From: Promethearchaeota archaeon
GTDB lineage: Archaea; Asgardarchaeota; Heimdallarchaeia; Hodarchaeales; Hodarchaeaceae
Direction of reading: 5' to 3'
Length of the DNA stretch: 64,000 bases
NCBI GenBank assembly: GCA_048938105.1
Contig: JBHLMN010000003.1
Coordinates: 256,001-320,000, forward strand
Within the stretch, counting starts at the first letter, position 1; each line of letters starts with the position of its first letter. Both the position numbers and the translations under genes were made by a program. Below are positions 1-9,685 of the stretch, piece by piece. A model generated the notes under the pieces. It was not told the DNA's origin. It saw nothing but the letters and a program-made list of their open reading frames with translations, and did not search any database.

Positions 1-1
1 T

Positions 2-904
2 GATAATGACGAATATGGACTGAATGGAACTCTAAGTGTTGAAGGATATGCGGCGTACCTCAAAATGAAAGGTGAAGGATGGGTTCAGCCAGAAGTTATG
101 ACATCTGGCGGTGGATATGCCAACTCTCTCTTTGGAAATGGTTCCGCAGGTATGGTCTTCTGTGGACCCTGGGGTACCAGTATCTTTGAGAACACTGCGA
201 AAGTTGCTGGCGTCAAGCTTAACTTTACTGCTGTTCCCATGCCTGCCTGTTCTGATGGTGTTCGCTCCACTATCACTGGTGGAGGCATCACTTGGGTACC
301 AAAACTATTAGACGCTACAATGAAAGCAGATGCTTTGACCCTTGCAGAATGGTTACTGGACGATGAAAACCAGATGAAGACTGTTGAGAACTGGCTTGGT
401 GAATCCTGGCGGATCCCCGTCAAGAAAAGCTTAACAACTGACCCCTGGTTCAGTGCATTTCCCAACCGATCTAACTTTGTCACTCACATTGAATCACAGG
501 AGTATGCTTATCCTTGGGGTAAACAACATCCCGAATGGATAGCCATCCATGAAAGTGTGTTAATGCCAGGTTACTATGACGCTCTATTGGCAATCAACTA
601 TGATGGTACTTACACTGATCAAAATTACATTGATGCTGCACAGGCTGCCCTTGACGATATGGCTCAAGAAATCGAAGATGATTATCTAAGGGGTTCTGTA
701 ACTATTCCATGGTTCCTTCATGAACCTGGAACTAAAACTGCAACTGCAACAGCAACAGTTCCAACAACGGTTCAAGAAACTGAAATTAAAACCACAGTAT
801 CAGTTGTAACCTCTGTTGTTAGTGCAAATGGCTTCGGTATCATTGCTGCAATAGCTGGTATTGGTTCCATCTTCTTCATTGCAAAAAAGAAACGAAAGAG
901 ATAG
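2..904 (+). CDS. Carbohydrate ABC transporter substrate-binding protein (5' partial), with Thr-rich linker and C-terminal membrane anchor
   Basis: The frame is open from position 2 with no stop before ATG 65, so the gene starts upstream of the window. SBP_bac_1-like segments (F-x-x-G-x-A-G-M-x-x-x-GPW; GG-x-x-W). Ends TKTATATAT...ANGF + hydrophobic helix + KKKRKR. Followed by two permeases and a MalK-type ATPase. Confidence 0.85.
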   Translation, partial: DNDEYGLNGTLSVEGYAAYLKMKGEGWVQPEVMTSGGGYANSLFGNGSAGMVFCGPWGTSIFENTAKVAGVKLNFTAVPMPACSDGVRSTITGGGITWVPKLLDATMKADALTLAEWLLDDENQMKTVENWLGESWRIPVKKSLTTDPWFSAFPNRSNFVTHIESQEYAYPWGKQHPEWIAIHESVLMPGYYDALLAINYDGTYTDQNYIDAAQAALDDMAQEIEDDYLRGSVTIPWFLHEPGTKTATATATVPTTVQETEIKTTVSVVTSVVSANGFGIIAAIAGIGSIFFIAKKKRKR

Positions 905-907
905 GTG

Positions 908-960
908 TTAAACCGTTATACGGTTTAAGATCTCTTCAATTCTCCCTTCCTTTTTTTTAC
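908..960 (+). terminator. Inverted repeat plus pyrimidine/oligo-T tract after the SBP gene (probable terminator or attenuator)
   Basis: TTAAACCGT-TAT-ACGGTTTAA is a perfect 9-bp inverted repeat (908-928), followed by TCTCTTCAATTCTCCCTTCCTTTTTTTT. Confidence 0.55.
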
Positions 961-1065
961 TCTTGTATCGAGCTTTCTTTTATCTCAAAAAGTAGCTTAA
1001 TGATAATAAAATAGAGAATATAACTTATAAAAGTCTTACTTTCAGATTCTTAAAAGGTAATTATC

Positions 1066-3693
1066 ATGGTGTTCTTAAAAGAGTCTCAATCTCGCTATCG
1101 GATAATTACATTAGTAAATGGTCTAGTTCCCCTGGCAATCATTCTTAGCCTCTATTTTTCAGAATCAATGGGGGTCTTTTTTTATGAATTAGCATCATGT
1201 GGGTATTTAATTTGTGGTTGGACTGAATTATTAATTTTATCAACATTTGTATCAGTGGTGCCTGGGGTTTCGACATGGACTCTTTTTTATGGATTAGATT
1301 TTGTAGGAAGTGCGGGGACAGCAATCCTTTTCATAAATGTACTTATATTGGTAGGGGGATTTTTTGCCATACTCGGTTCGTTTATAAGTTCAGAAGAGAA
1401 AAGTAATAAACACCGCTATTATTTGATAATTGCAAGCTTCCTAACGTTTCCATTAGGAATTCTAGCCATTTTCGTTCTTTTGAAATCTAAGCCAGATAAA
1501 GCCGAAAAAAGCCTTCAAGAGAGAATATTAACAGAAATAAAAAAGAATAAGTTACCTTATATGTTGATCATACCATTTATTATTTTCCTGATTTTTACAT
1601 ATCTGATTCCTATTTTTCGAGGATTTTACATAACATTCTTTGGTTACGAAGATCTTTCAAAAGCATTCACTCCTGTTGATTACTCCAAGGATCCTTTACT
1701 ATGGACATTACACGCTATTCTAGGTGGTCTTCAACACCAAAGTCCAGAGTTTATTGGTCTTGATAATTTTTTCGAACTATTTTCACATACAACAAGAGCT
1801 GGTGCTTTTCAAAAGGCATTAAACAACAATGTCTTTTTTGTGATTATGTTTGTTCCAGGAACAGTCATCGTCTCATTATTACTAGCTATTCTTTTAAATA
1901 ATAAGTTCTTAAAAGGAGAAGATAGTTATACAACAATATTTTATATGCCAGTTGTCACATCAATACTCGTTGTTTCAGTAATCTGGCTTAGGGTCGTATT
2001 TGATCCAGATAGCGGGTTATTAATCTTAATTTTCCAAATGATTGCCCCTATAGTAGAATTAGTTTATTTAGTGCTGAATCTCGTAACCTTAGGAATAATT
2101 CCGGCTGTTAAGGTTCCGAGTAGTGTTAATTGGCTCTCTGATAATTTGATGGAAAGTATTGCTCTAATGAGTATTTGGAGACGGGTGGGATTTGACGTAT
2201 TAATCCTTTTAGCAGGTTTGAAATCTATACCAGACTCACTATATGAAGCAGCGGAGATTGATGGGCACGGGGGTTGGAGTAAATTCAAGAATATTACTAT
2301 TCCAATGCTTAAAGGTCCTCTGGGTGTGGTTATCATCCTAGAAATAATTAATGGCTGGCTAGTATTTCAGGAACTTTATGGGCTAAATGTATCTGGTGCT
2401 GATAGAACCTTAGCAATTTACTTAATTTACAATTATGCAGATCCACAAATAATGACTTTTGCTTCTACTGTAGGATATTTTATCTTCGCAGTAAGCGCGT
2501 TCACTAGTTTGGTGCAACGTGTAGAAGCAAGGGGGGTTCTAAAACTTTTTTCTTTAACCTGTCTATTAAGTGTTTTATTTTCAATTCCAGGAATTCGTGA
2601 AAACAGAGACCCAAAGAGTTTAGGGTTTGCTGGGATACTTAGTTGGCTATCATACGATATTCTCTTTTTCATTATTGCTCTTGTTTGCCTTGCTTATTAT
2701 TTAATTGTTTTTGTTATTAAAGAGAGAGAGATAGAATCTGATTTGATAGGATTACGGAATACAGGACTTTTTTCCTTATTTGTCTCAATATTCTTCATTC
2801 TGAACGGATACTCTACATATACGAAATCAGGATTTGGAACAAACCCAATTGGTGCATTTCCCTCATATATTTTTGGGGTTGTATTGATTATCGTTGGATT
2901 ACTTATGTTTTTTGCAGATAAATTTGAATTTATGTTAAAGGGAAAACATGATTTCCAAGCATTAATGGCTTTTGGAGCTTTAAGTATCATGCTAGCTAAT
3001 CTTGGATGGCTTTTTGCTATGCCTTTGGTTGCCCTTTTAAGCAACGAATTGGTATCTATTGTATTATCAGGTTTAGTTATGTTGTTGGATATTTTTGGTT
3101 TCTTCATCTTAGGTATTGGAATAATAAAACATGATCATGAAGATCAATTAGCGTGTAGGATTTCAGGTTTTTGTTTTATAGGGTGGGCAGTATTATCCTT
3201 AATTTGGAGATTCTTTTCTCCAATCCATACATTATTTCCTCAATTTGGAGCATTTGATATCAATCTGACACAGGTGACATATTATTTAGCTCTTTGGCTG
3301 ATTGGTCAAGCGGTTCCCATTGATTTATTGATTATCGAACCCATACCAATATCGATTTCCTATATTTTCATCTTAAATGGAATCATTATGACAATAGGAA
3401 CTTATTTTACAATTAAAATTCTGAATATTAATTCAAAATATATACTTAGCTTTGGAATTAGCAATTTTCTTGGGGTTATGCTGATTGCACTCCCAACAAT
3501 TATAGGAGTAAAGCCAGGTGATCTCACTGACATTTTCTTTTTAACAATGCAATTAGGATTCCTTGTAAAGACGATTTTAGTTCCTATCTTAGGTGTTTTA
3601 ACATTTTGGGATATTTTCAATCATTATAAAATAACCAATGATATAGAATCTCTCGAAAAGAAGAACACTGAACAAAGGAGTGTGATAGTATGA
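1066..3693 (+). CDS. Carbohydrate ABC transporter permease (MalF/UgpA-type core) with large N- and C-terminal multi-TM extensions
   Basis: FIGLDNF motif and EAA loop LYEAAEIDGHGGWSKFKNITIPML. 875 aa versus the usual ~300. Confidence 0.88.
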   Translation: MVFLKESQSRYRIITLVNGLVPLAIILSLYFSESMGVFFYELASCGYLICGWTELLILSTFVSVVPGVSTWTLFYGLDFVGSAGTAILFINVLILVGGFFAILGSFISSEEKSNKHRYYLIIASFLTFPLGILAIFVLLKSKPDKAEKSLQERILTEIKKNKLPYMLIIPFIIFLIFTYLIPIFRGFYITFFGYEDLSKAFTPVDYSKDPLLWTLHAILGGLQHQSPEFIGLDNFFELFSHTTRAGAFQKALNNNVFFVIMFVPGTVIVSLLLAILLNNKFLKGEDSYTTIFYMPVVTSILVVSVIWLRVVFDPDSGLLILIFQMIAPIVELVYLVLNLVTLGIIPAVKVPSSVNWLSDNLMESIALMSIWRRVGFDVLILLAGLKSIPDSLYEAAEIDGHGGWSKFKNITIPMLKGPLGVVIILEIINGWLVFQELYGLNVSGADRTLAIYLIYNYADPQIMTFASTVGYFIFAVSAFTSLVQRVEARGVLKLFSLTCLLSVLFSIPGIRENRDPKSLGFAGILSWLSYDILFFIIALVCLAYYLIVFVIKEREIESDLIGLRNTGLFSLFVSIFFILNGYSTYTKSGFGTNPIGAFPSYIFGVVLIIVGLLMFFADKFEFMLKGKHDFQALMAFGALSIMLANLGWLFAMPLVALLSNELVSIVLSGLVMLLDIFGFFILGIGIIKHDHEDQLACRISGFCFIGWAVLSLIWRFFSPIHTLFPQFGAFDINLTQVTYYLALWLIGQAVPIDLLIIEPIPISISYIFILNGIIMTIGTYFTIKILNINSKYILSFGISNFLGVMLIALPTIIGVKPGDLTDIFFLTMQLGFLVKTILVPILGVLTFWDIFNHYKITNDIESLEKKNTEQRSVIV

Positions 3694-6212
3694 CATATGG
3701 TGAGTCTGAAACTCAAGAAAAAAGAGAGACCGCAGTTAAAATCTATAATTTCCTTCATTTACATCAAAAATCATTTCTCATTGGAGCCTTTCTAGTCGCA
3801 ATAATTCTACCTTTAATAATAGAATCAGTCATTTTTTACATATTAGCAATACCTGATAGCAGTATAAGTACCATTTTAGAAATCTTAGAAAGTAGTGTTA
3901 ATAAATGGGAAGATGCTTTCTTTGTGGTCTCGAATGATGTAAGCTCCAATCAGGATCTTCTTGGTTATTCTTTATCGCTTGTTCAAAATGGTATTGGGAG
4001 GATTTATGATTTCTTGGAGAAAATGATATTTTTCTATCAGCAAATATTTAGTTTTAAATTTACAGTAATTAATAACACGGGGTATATTCTAACTGGGTTA
4101 TTTCTTACAATCCCTGTATTAATGATTTGGATTTGTTTTCAACTATATTGTGCACTCAAAAATCAAACTTCTAATAATAAATCCGTGAAAAGCGTTTTAT
4201 TTTCCTTAATTACACCTAGAAATCTCTTCATAATTATACTATTTTTCCCTTTCCCACGAGATTTTATTTGGATAACAGCAATTTTAACACTTTTAATCCT
4301 TGTTTTTTATTTATTGTCAAAATCATATGAATGGAGACTTTCTGAACCAAGACAAAATTTTTTCTTTGCAATTGCTTGGAAAAAAGCATTAGTAGTTCTC
4401 TTGTTCATTGTTATTCTTCTAATCACTATTAGTGGAATACTTGAGGTCATTCTTATTTGTATTCAATTTACACATAATTTTAATACGCGTCAAGCTTACA
4501 TATCTGAGGAATTATTTGGTACACAAAAAATATTCTCCGAGACAGTATTTTCGAGACTTACAATAACTTCTTTCTTAGGAATTTCTCCAAATACAATTTT
4601 AATATCAATAATCATATGTGCTATCTTATTTACAGCTGTGTGGATCTATATGAATTGGTCCATGCACAAAAAAAGAATTACATCTACCCGAATAGTCATA
4701 CAAAAGATATTCTTGGATCTGTGGAACCCACGAAGTATTTTTGGAATAGTCATCTCTATCGCGATTATCCTACCTATTTTTAATGCAATTTATTTACAGG
4801 GGGCAACTCGAGATATCACGTTTATTCTATTAAATTTCCCCTGGATTATTGGATTGATTTTCTTTGATCCTCTTCAGTTTTTTGGCATTTTGATCAATGC
4901 AACTAAAAGATCTTTTGATATAATAATAACTTCTAGCCGTGAAATAGTAAACGATATAGTTCCTATTAATCCTTCACAGCCAAGTATCTTTGGTAGTATT
5001 CAACCTTCCCTCTTCCTAGCCACAGTGATCTTTCTCATTATTTCAATTATTTTTACTCTCGGATTAATTCTTCTACAAAAACAAAAAGAAGGGGAGACTT
5101 GGAAAACGACTTTATTAAGTCACTATGCTCTTTTAGGATTCTTAATCCCCATCACGATGATTTCTGCACTTGTTCTATTCATCCTTGAACCTACAAACTT
5201 CTATACTATATATGGTAGTCATTATGAAATTGACACTGAATCATGGGGATCTTTTATATCTCTAACAACAATTGCTCTTTTTCTTATTGTTATTGGGTTC
5301 ATTATAGGATGGAGTTATGTCCAAATATTCAGAAAAGGTAGAAGCAGCAGGATTACGCTAAAGGTTATTCTTATCAATACTCTAGCAATTTGTGTTGCAA
5401 TTATTATGATTATTCCATTTGTATGGATGATAAAAAACAGTTTACAGACGAATACACAAAATATTAGGTCTGCAGAAGATCAAGGTTTAATTCCTGATCC
5501 TATGACTATTGCAAATTACGCACAACTTTTTGGCTTAATAGATCCGAGTTATGAAACGTTAGAATACCGAGTAATCACATGGTTATTTAATTCTCTAGTT
5601 ACAGCGGTTACAGTAACTGTTTTTCTAGTTATTTTCTCAGCTATGGCAGGATATTGCTTAGCAAAAAGAGATTTCCTTGGAAGAAAAGCATTATTATCAA
5701 TTACTGTGGGAATAATGTTAGTTCCATCATATGTCCAGGTCATCCCTTTATATTTGGAATTAAATCGATTAGGGTTTGTAGGGTCATTACTTGGGGTTAT
5801 CTTACCTTTCTTGATTCAGCCATTCAGTGTTTTCTTATGTACTGAATTCATGCGTTCAATACCAGATGATTATCTGGATGCAGCTAGAGTCGATGGCTAT
5901 TCTGAATTTCAGATCTTCTGGAAAGTAGTTTTACCACTTTCTATTCCAGTGATTTCTGTTATGACAATCATAAATTTCATAGGAAATTGGAATGCATTTT
6001 TATGGCCCTTATTACTTTTAGATCAAAGTAGGTACGCTCCTAATGTACGAACTCTACCACTTGGAATATATAGGATTAATGCTGAACTCCAAGAACAAAT
6101 TGGAGTCGTATTAGCTCTTGCAACAATAATTGTAATCCCTATCTTCATTATCCTGTTTCTTGCTCAAGATTATATAAAACGAGGGGTTACCGTTGAAGGA
6201 CTGAAAGGATAA
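3690..6212 (+). CDS. Carbohydrate ABC transporter permease (MalG/UgpE-type core) with ~550-aa N-terminal multi-TM extension
   Basis: C-terminal core PFVWMIKNSL...NSL...AGY, EAA loop YLDAARVDGYSEFQIFWKVVLPLS, WNAFLWP, end GVTVEGLKG. ATGA overlap with the upstream permease. Confidence 0.88.
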   Translation: MTYGESETQEKRETAVKIYNFLHLHQKSFLIGAFLVAIILPLIIESVIFYILAIPDSSISTILEILESSVNKWEDAFFVVSNDVSSNQDLLGYSLSLVQNGIGRIYDFLEKMIFFYQQIFSFKFTVINNTGYILTGLFLTIPVLMIWICFQLYCALKNQTSNNKSVKSVLFSLITPRNLFIIILFFPFPRDFIWITAILTLLILVFYLLSKSYEWRLSEPRQNFFFAIAWKKALVVLLFIVILLITISGILEVILICIQFTHNFNTRQAYISEELFGTQKIFSETVFSRLTITSFLGISPNTILISIIICAILFTAVWIYMNWSMHKKRITSTRIVIQKIFLDLWNPRSIFGIVISIAIILPIFNAIYLQGATRDITFILLNFPWIIGLIFFDPLQFFGILINATKRSFDIIITSSREIVNDIVPINPSQPSIFGSIQPSLFLATVIFLIISIIFTLGLILLQKQKEGETWKTTLLSHYALLGFLIPITMISALVLFILEPTNFYTIYGSHYEIDTESWGSFISLTTIALFLIVIGFIIGWSYVQIFRKGRSSRITLKVILINTLAICVAIIMIIPFVWMIKNSLQTNTQNIRSAEDQGLIPDPMTIANYAQLFGLIDPSYETLEYRVITWLFNSLVTAVTVTVFLVIFSAMAGYCLAKRDFLGRKALLSITVGIMLVPSYVQVIPLYLELNRLGFVGSLLGVILPFLIQPFSVFLCTEFMRSIPDDYLDAARVDGYSEFQIFWKVVLPLSIPVISVMTIINFIGNWNAFLWPLLLLDQSRYAPNVRTLPLGIYRINAELQEQIGVVLALATIIVIPIFIILFLAQDYIKRGVTVEGLKG

Positions 6213-6224
6213 ATGTGATTTCTT

Positions 6225-7373
6225 ATGGCACGAGTCATTATGGAAAATGTAGTTAAAAAATTTGGAGAAAATCTAGTTCTCGATAATATCAATATTGACA
6301 TAAAAGATAAGGAATTAGTAGTTTTCGTTGGTCCCTCTGGTTGTGGTAAAACAACGGCGATGAGGTGTGTTGCTGGTCTCGAAGAGGTAACAAGTGGGAC
6401 AGTCATAATTGGCGACAGAGTTGTTAATACTATTCCTCCTAAAGACCGAGATGTTGCAATGGTATTTCAAAACTATGCTTTATATCCTCATATGAATGTT
6501 TTTGATAACATTGCGTTCGGCCTACGAGCTAGAAAAGTACCAGTTGATAAAAATGACCCAAAATCAAAGCGAAGAAAACACTCTGGGAAAGAAATCACTG
6601 AAAAAGTAAAAGAAGCAACAGAAATTCTGCAAATCGAGAATTTACTTAAAAGAAAACCAACAGAGCTTAGTGGAGGACAAATGCAACGAGTTGCTATGGG
6701 GAGAGCAATAGTACGCGAACCACAAGTATTTTTGATGGATGAACCACTAAGTAACTTAGATGCGAAGTTACGCACTCATATGCGTACAGAACTAAAACGT
6801 CTTCAATTAGACCTTGGAGTCACTACAATCTATGTCACACATGACCAAGCAGAGGCTATGACATTAGGAGATCGCATTGCTGTAATGTATGATGGTATAT
6901 TTCAACAAATAGGGACTCCAGAGGAAGTATATGACAACCCAGTTAATAAATTTGTAGCAGGTTTCATTGGATCTCCTCCAATGAATTTTATCCCTGGTAA
7001 ACTTGAATTAGAAGGCTCTCCAGCTTTTATATCAGAAGCATTTAGTATTGGCCTTCCTGAAGTTATAAGAAATAGTGTAAAAAACAAAGCTACATCAACA
7101 GATAATCTAATCTTAGGGGTTCGTCCAGAGGATATTGAAGATAGAGAATTTGCCTTAAAAAAAATTGATGAAGCAATGATTGAAGGAAAGGTTCTAGTTC
7201 GTGAGAATTATGGCTCTGATATCTTTCTCAATCTACAAGCAGGTAATATATTCTTTAATGCAAGAGTAAATACAGGAACCAAAGCTAAGGTTGGTAATAC
7301 TGTTAATCTTGTGTTAAATTTAGACAAAATTCACATATTTGACGGAGAAACAGAAAAAAACCTAACAATATAA
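6225..7373 (+). CDS. Sugar ABC transporter ATP-binding protein (MalK/MsmX/UgpC family)
   Basis: Walker A GPSGCGKT, VFQNYALYPHM, signature LSGGQ, Walker B FLMDEPLSNLD, YVTHDQ, FVAGFIGSP, GVRPED, C-terminal TOBE domain. Confidence 0.95.
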   Translation: MARVIMENVVKKFGENLVLDNINIDIKDKELVVFVGPSGCGKTTAMRCVAGLEEVTSGTVIIGDRVVNTIPPKDRDVAMVFQNYALYPHMNVFDNIAFGLRARKVPVDKNDPKSKRRKHSGKEITEKVKEATEILQIENLLKRKPTELSGGQMQRVAMGRAIVREPQVFLMDEPLSNLDAKLRTHMRTELKRLQLDLGVTTIYVTHDQAEAMTLGDRIAVMYDGIFQQIGTPEEVYDNPVNKFVAGFIGSPPMNFIPGKLELEGSPAFISEAFSIGLPEVIRNSVKNKATSTDNLILGVRPEDIEDREFALKKIDEAMIEGKVLVRENYGSDIFLNLQAGNIFFNARVNTGTKAKVGNTVNLVLNLDKIHIFDGETEKNLTI

Positions 7374-7412
7374 CCTTGAATAATATTATTTCCTTATCAG
7401 GCGTAATATTAT

Positions 7413-8087
7413 ATGAAAGATAGAATTGCCTGGATTCGATTAATCACTTATCTAGGTAATAGTATAATCCTTGTCACAGAAATCTACAGACTTATCCTCA
7501 TATACCTGAGGTTTATAATATCAATTCCATCTCTGTTTTTCATTTTAGAGTTAATAATGCACTGGGCTCTACTAGGAGGATTCCTAAGTATTATCCTTGG
7601 GTTTCATGGCCTAAAGAAAAGTGATCCAGTGATTCTAAACCCAAAAGAATATTCTTTTTCTCTCCTGAATAAAATCATCTACATTGGCTGTTTTATTGTG
7701 ATCATTCTTTTCATTCAGGTCTTACTCCCCCCAAGTAGTATTATTATAGGAGAATTTAAGACATATTTCCAATTACTAGTCAATATTCTTTGGATATGTT
7801 ATTATTTATGTATCTGTCTCTGGATAATATCATTTTGGTCATTTAGTAACAAGAAAGAACCTAAAGAAATCGTTAACAATAGAATACTAGTTTTTCATTT
7901 GTGTTTAGGATCTCTAGTTGTCATATTGTCGATACTTAACTTCTTTTGGATCTTATTTTCTAATAACTCTCTATTTAACAATGATTTAGCTTATATAAGT
8001 TATATTATTGTTTTAGTTTTCTTTTTGGTTTTCCAAATAATCTTTTTTTATCGTGCAACTAAATTTTCTTTTGTTATTCACGGATGA
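7413..8087 (+). CDS. Hypothetical multi-pass membrane protein
   Basis: 224-aa ORF with about six hydrophobic segments, co-oriented after the ABC ATPase. Confidence 0.65.
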   Translation: MKDRIAWIRLITYLGNSIILVTEIYRLILIYLRFIISIPSLFFILELIMHWALLGGFLSIILGFHGLKKSDPVILNPKEYSFSLLNKIIYIGCFIVIILFIQVLLPPSSIIIGEFKTYFQLLVNILWICYYLCICLWIISFWSFSNKKEPKEIVNNRILVFHLCLGSLVVILSILNFFWILFSNNSLFNNDLAYISYIIVLVFFLVFQIIFFYRATKFSFVIHG

Positions 8088-9234
8088 TTTTTTGAAAATA
8101 ATCCAGAAATTTATCAAATTGAACATATCGATCGAATTCTGAAACGATTCTCTGGCGAGTATTATTACATAATCTCTGATAACTCTCTTGATTAGAGCAT
8201 ATCTCCTTAATTACTTCAGTAAGTTGATCCACGTCACCAGGTTCAATTAAATACCCATTCTCTCCATTATAAACAACTTCTGAAATACCTCCTATATTTG
8301 AGGCAATAACAGGTGTTTTCATTGCTAATGATTCAAGAATAACATTTGGTAATCCCTCTTTATACAAACTTGGAAGTATCAAAAGATCACTTCTCTCATA
8401 GATATTTACAACTTCTCTAGTAAAGGGAATAAAGGTGACAAAGTTTTCTAGTTCCATCTCAATGACTTTATTTTTCAAAAGAAGTTCATCGGGACCATCA
8501 CCAACAATTAAAAGGTGGATCTTTGGGAACCCATTATGAATCAAATTCAGTAGTGCTTTCAATAACAATAGATGTCCTTTACGATGCTCTAGATATCCTA
8601 TACTACAAATTATTGGAGTGGAATCTCTTAAAGGATACATCTTCTCAACTACCAATCTTCTTTCGCTATTAGGGGTGAAAGAATCTATATTTATTCCCTG
8701 ATAGATGCAAGAAACCAGCTTTTCAGAAATGCTATACTTCTCTATAAGGTGTCTTCGCGCATATTCTGTAATTGTTACAATGAATGATGGAATAGATCGA
8801 TCTGGAAGATAAAATTCTCTTTTGTATGTTGGTACAATGGTTCCTGTTTTCATAATTAATATTGTTTTCAAATTTGCTTTCTTGATACATTTAGCTGCAA
8901 AAATTGAACAATGGAAGTTGCCTCTTGGTGGATGAACAGTACATATAGCAACATCACAATCTCTTAGCGATTTTATCCAAATATTCATTAATTCACTGCT
9001 CTGTAAATCTGTTTCATGATAGTTATAATTCGATAGAAAAATAGGAAGTCCATTTTTCCTGCATTCGTCATCAAGCCAGCCTTTCCTGGGTGTCAATACA
9101 GTTATATCGATACCTTGATTGAGAAAATAAGTGATAGCTTCTAATACCCAAAGTTGGGTTCCCCCGTGTAATTTAGTGTCCTCGATAAAGCCTATATGCA
9201 AAGTAATCTCCTTCTTGGTGTAAAAAATTTGCAT
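8074..9234 (-). CDS. Glycosyltransferase family 4 (GT-B, retaining)
   Basis: N-terminal GGTQ, IYQGIN, GYLEHRKG, LIVGDG, LPSLYKEGLPNVILES (E-x7-E), ASNIGGISE, NGYLI. Confidence 0.9.
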   Translation of the reverse strand: MQIFYTKKEITLHIGFIEDTKLHGGTQLWVLEAITYFLNQGIDITVLTPRKGWLDDECRKNGLPIFLSNYNYHETDLQSSELMNIWIKSLRDCDVAICTVHPPRGNFHCSIFAAKCIKKANLKTILIMKTGTIVPTYKREFYLPDRSIPSFIVTITEYARRHLIEKYSISEKLVSCIYQGINIDSFTPNSERRLVVEKMYPLRDSTPIICSIGYLEHRKGHLLLLKALLNLIHNGFPKIHLLIVGDGPDELLLKNKVIEMELENFVTFIPFTREVVNIYERSDLLILPSLYKEGLPNVILESLAMKTPVIASNIGGISEVVYNGENGYLIEPGDVDQLTEVIKEICSNQESYQRLCNNTRQRIVSEFDRYVQFDKFLDYFQKIIRE

Positions 9235-9685
9235 CTATAACTTGAAAGAAAACAAGAGTTTAAAGTAATCCTGTAAGGATCTTAATCTTTTAACCTTAAT
9301 TTCTTCTGGTTTGATTTGTGATCATTGATCTAATGATTTTACTACGGTTATGACCCAAATCCCAGTGTAGCACAATTTCAAACTCAGTTTTTGGGACTAA
9401 TACAGGCGTTGGTAATGTTCTAATAATCAAGAGAGATAATGTTTTTGAACCTAGTAAAATCAATTACTTTCTTCTTATAGCTTCATTAAGATCAATACAT
9501 TTCATTAGTTCATAAGCTCATTAAGAAAGTATTTCTCAATTTTACTCCATAATAATTTGAAAAAGTCTTCGACTTCCTTCTTAATAACTTTTTGGCTATT
9601 ATCTCAACTTCAGTAATATTAATTACTATAAAAAGAGATAAATGCACATGTAAAATTGGAAATAATAACATAGAATCGAAATAAA

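Noticed and set aside
9240-9680. Possible decayed gene on the minus strand between the GT4 and GH13 genes (fragments such as QKVIKKEVEDFFKLLWSKIEKYF and KLCYTGIWVITVVK)
   Set aside because: The fragments are short, separated by stops or frame changes, and show no recognisable family. I cannot support a pseudogene call without a tBLASTx search.
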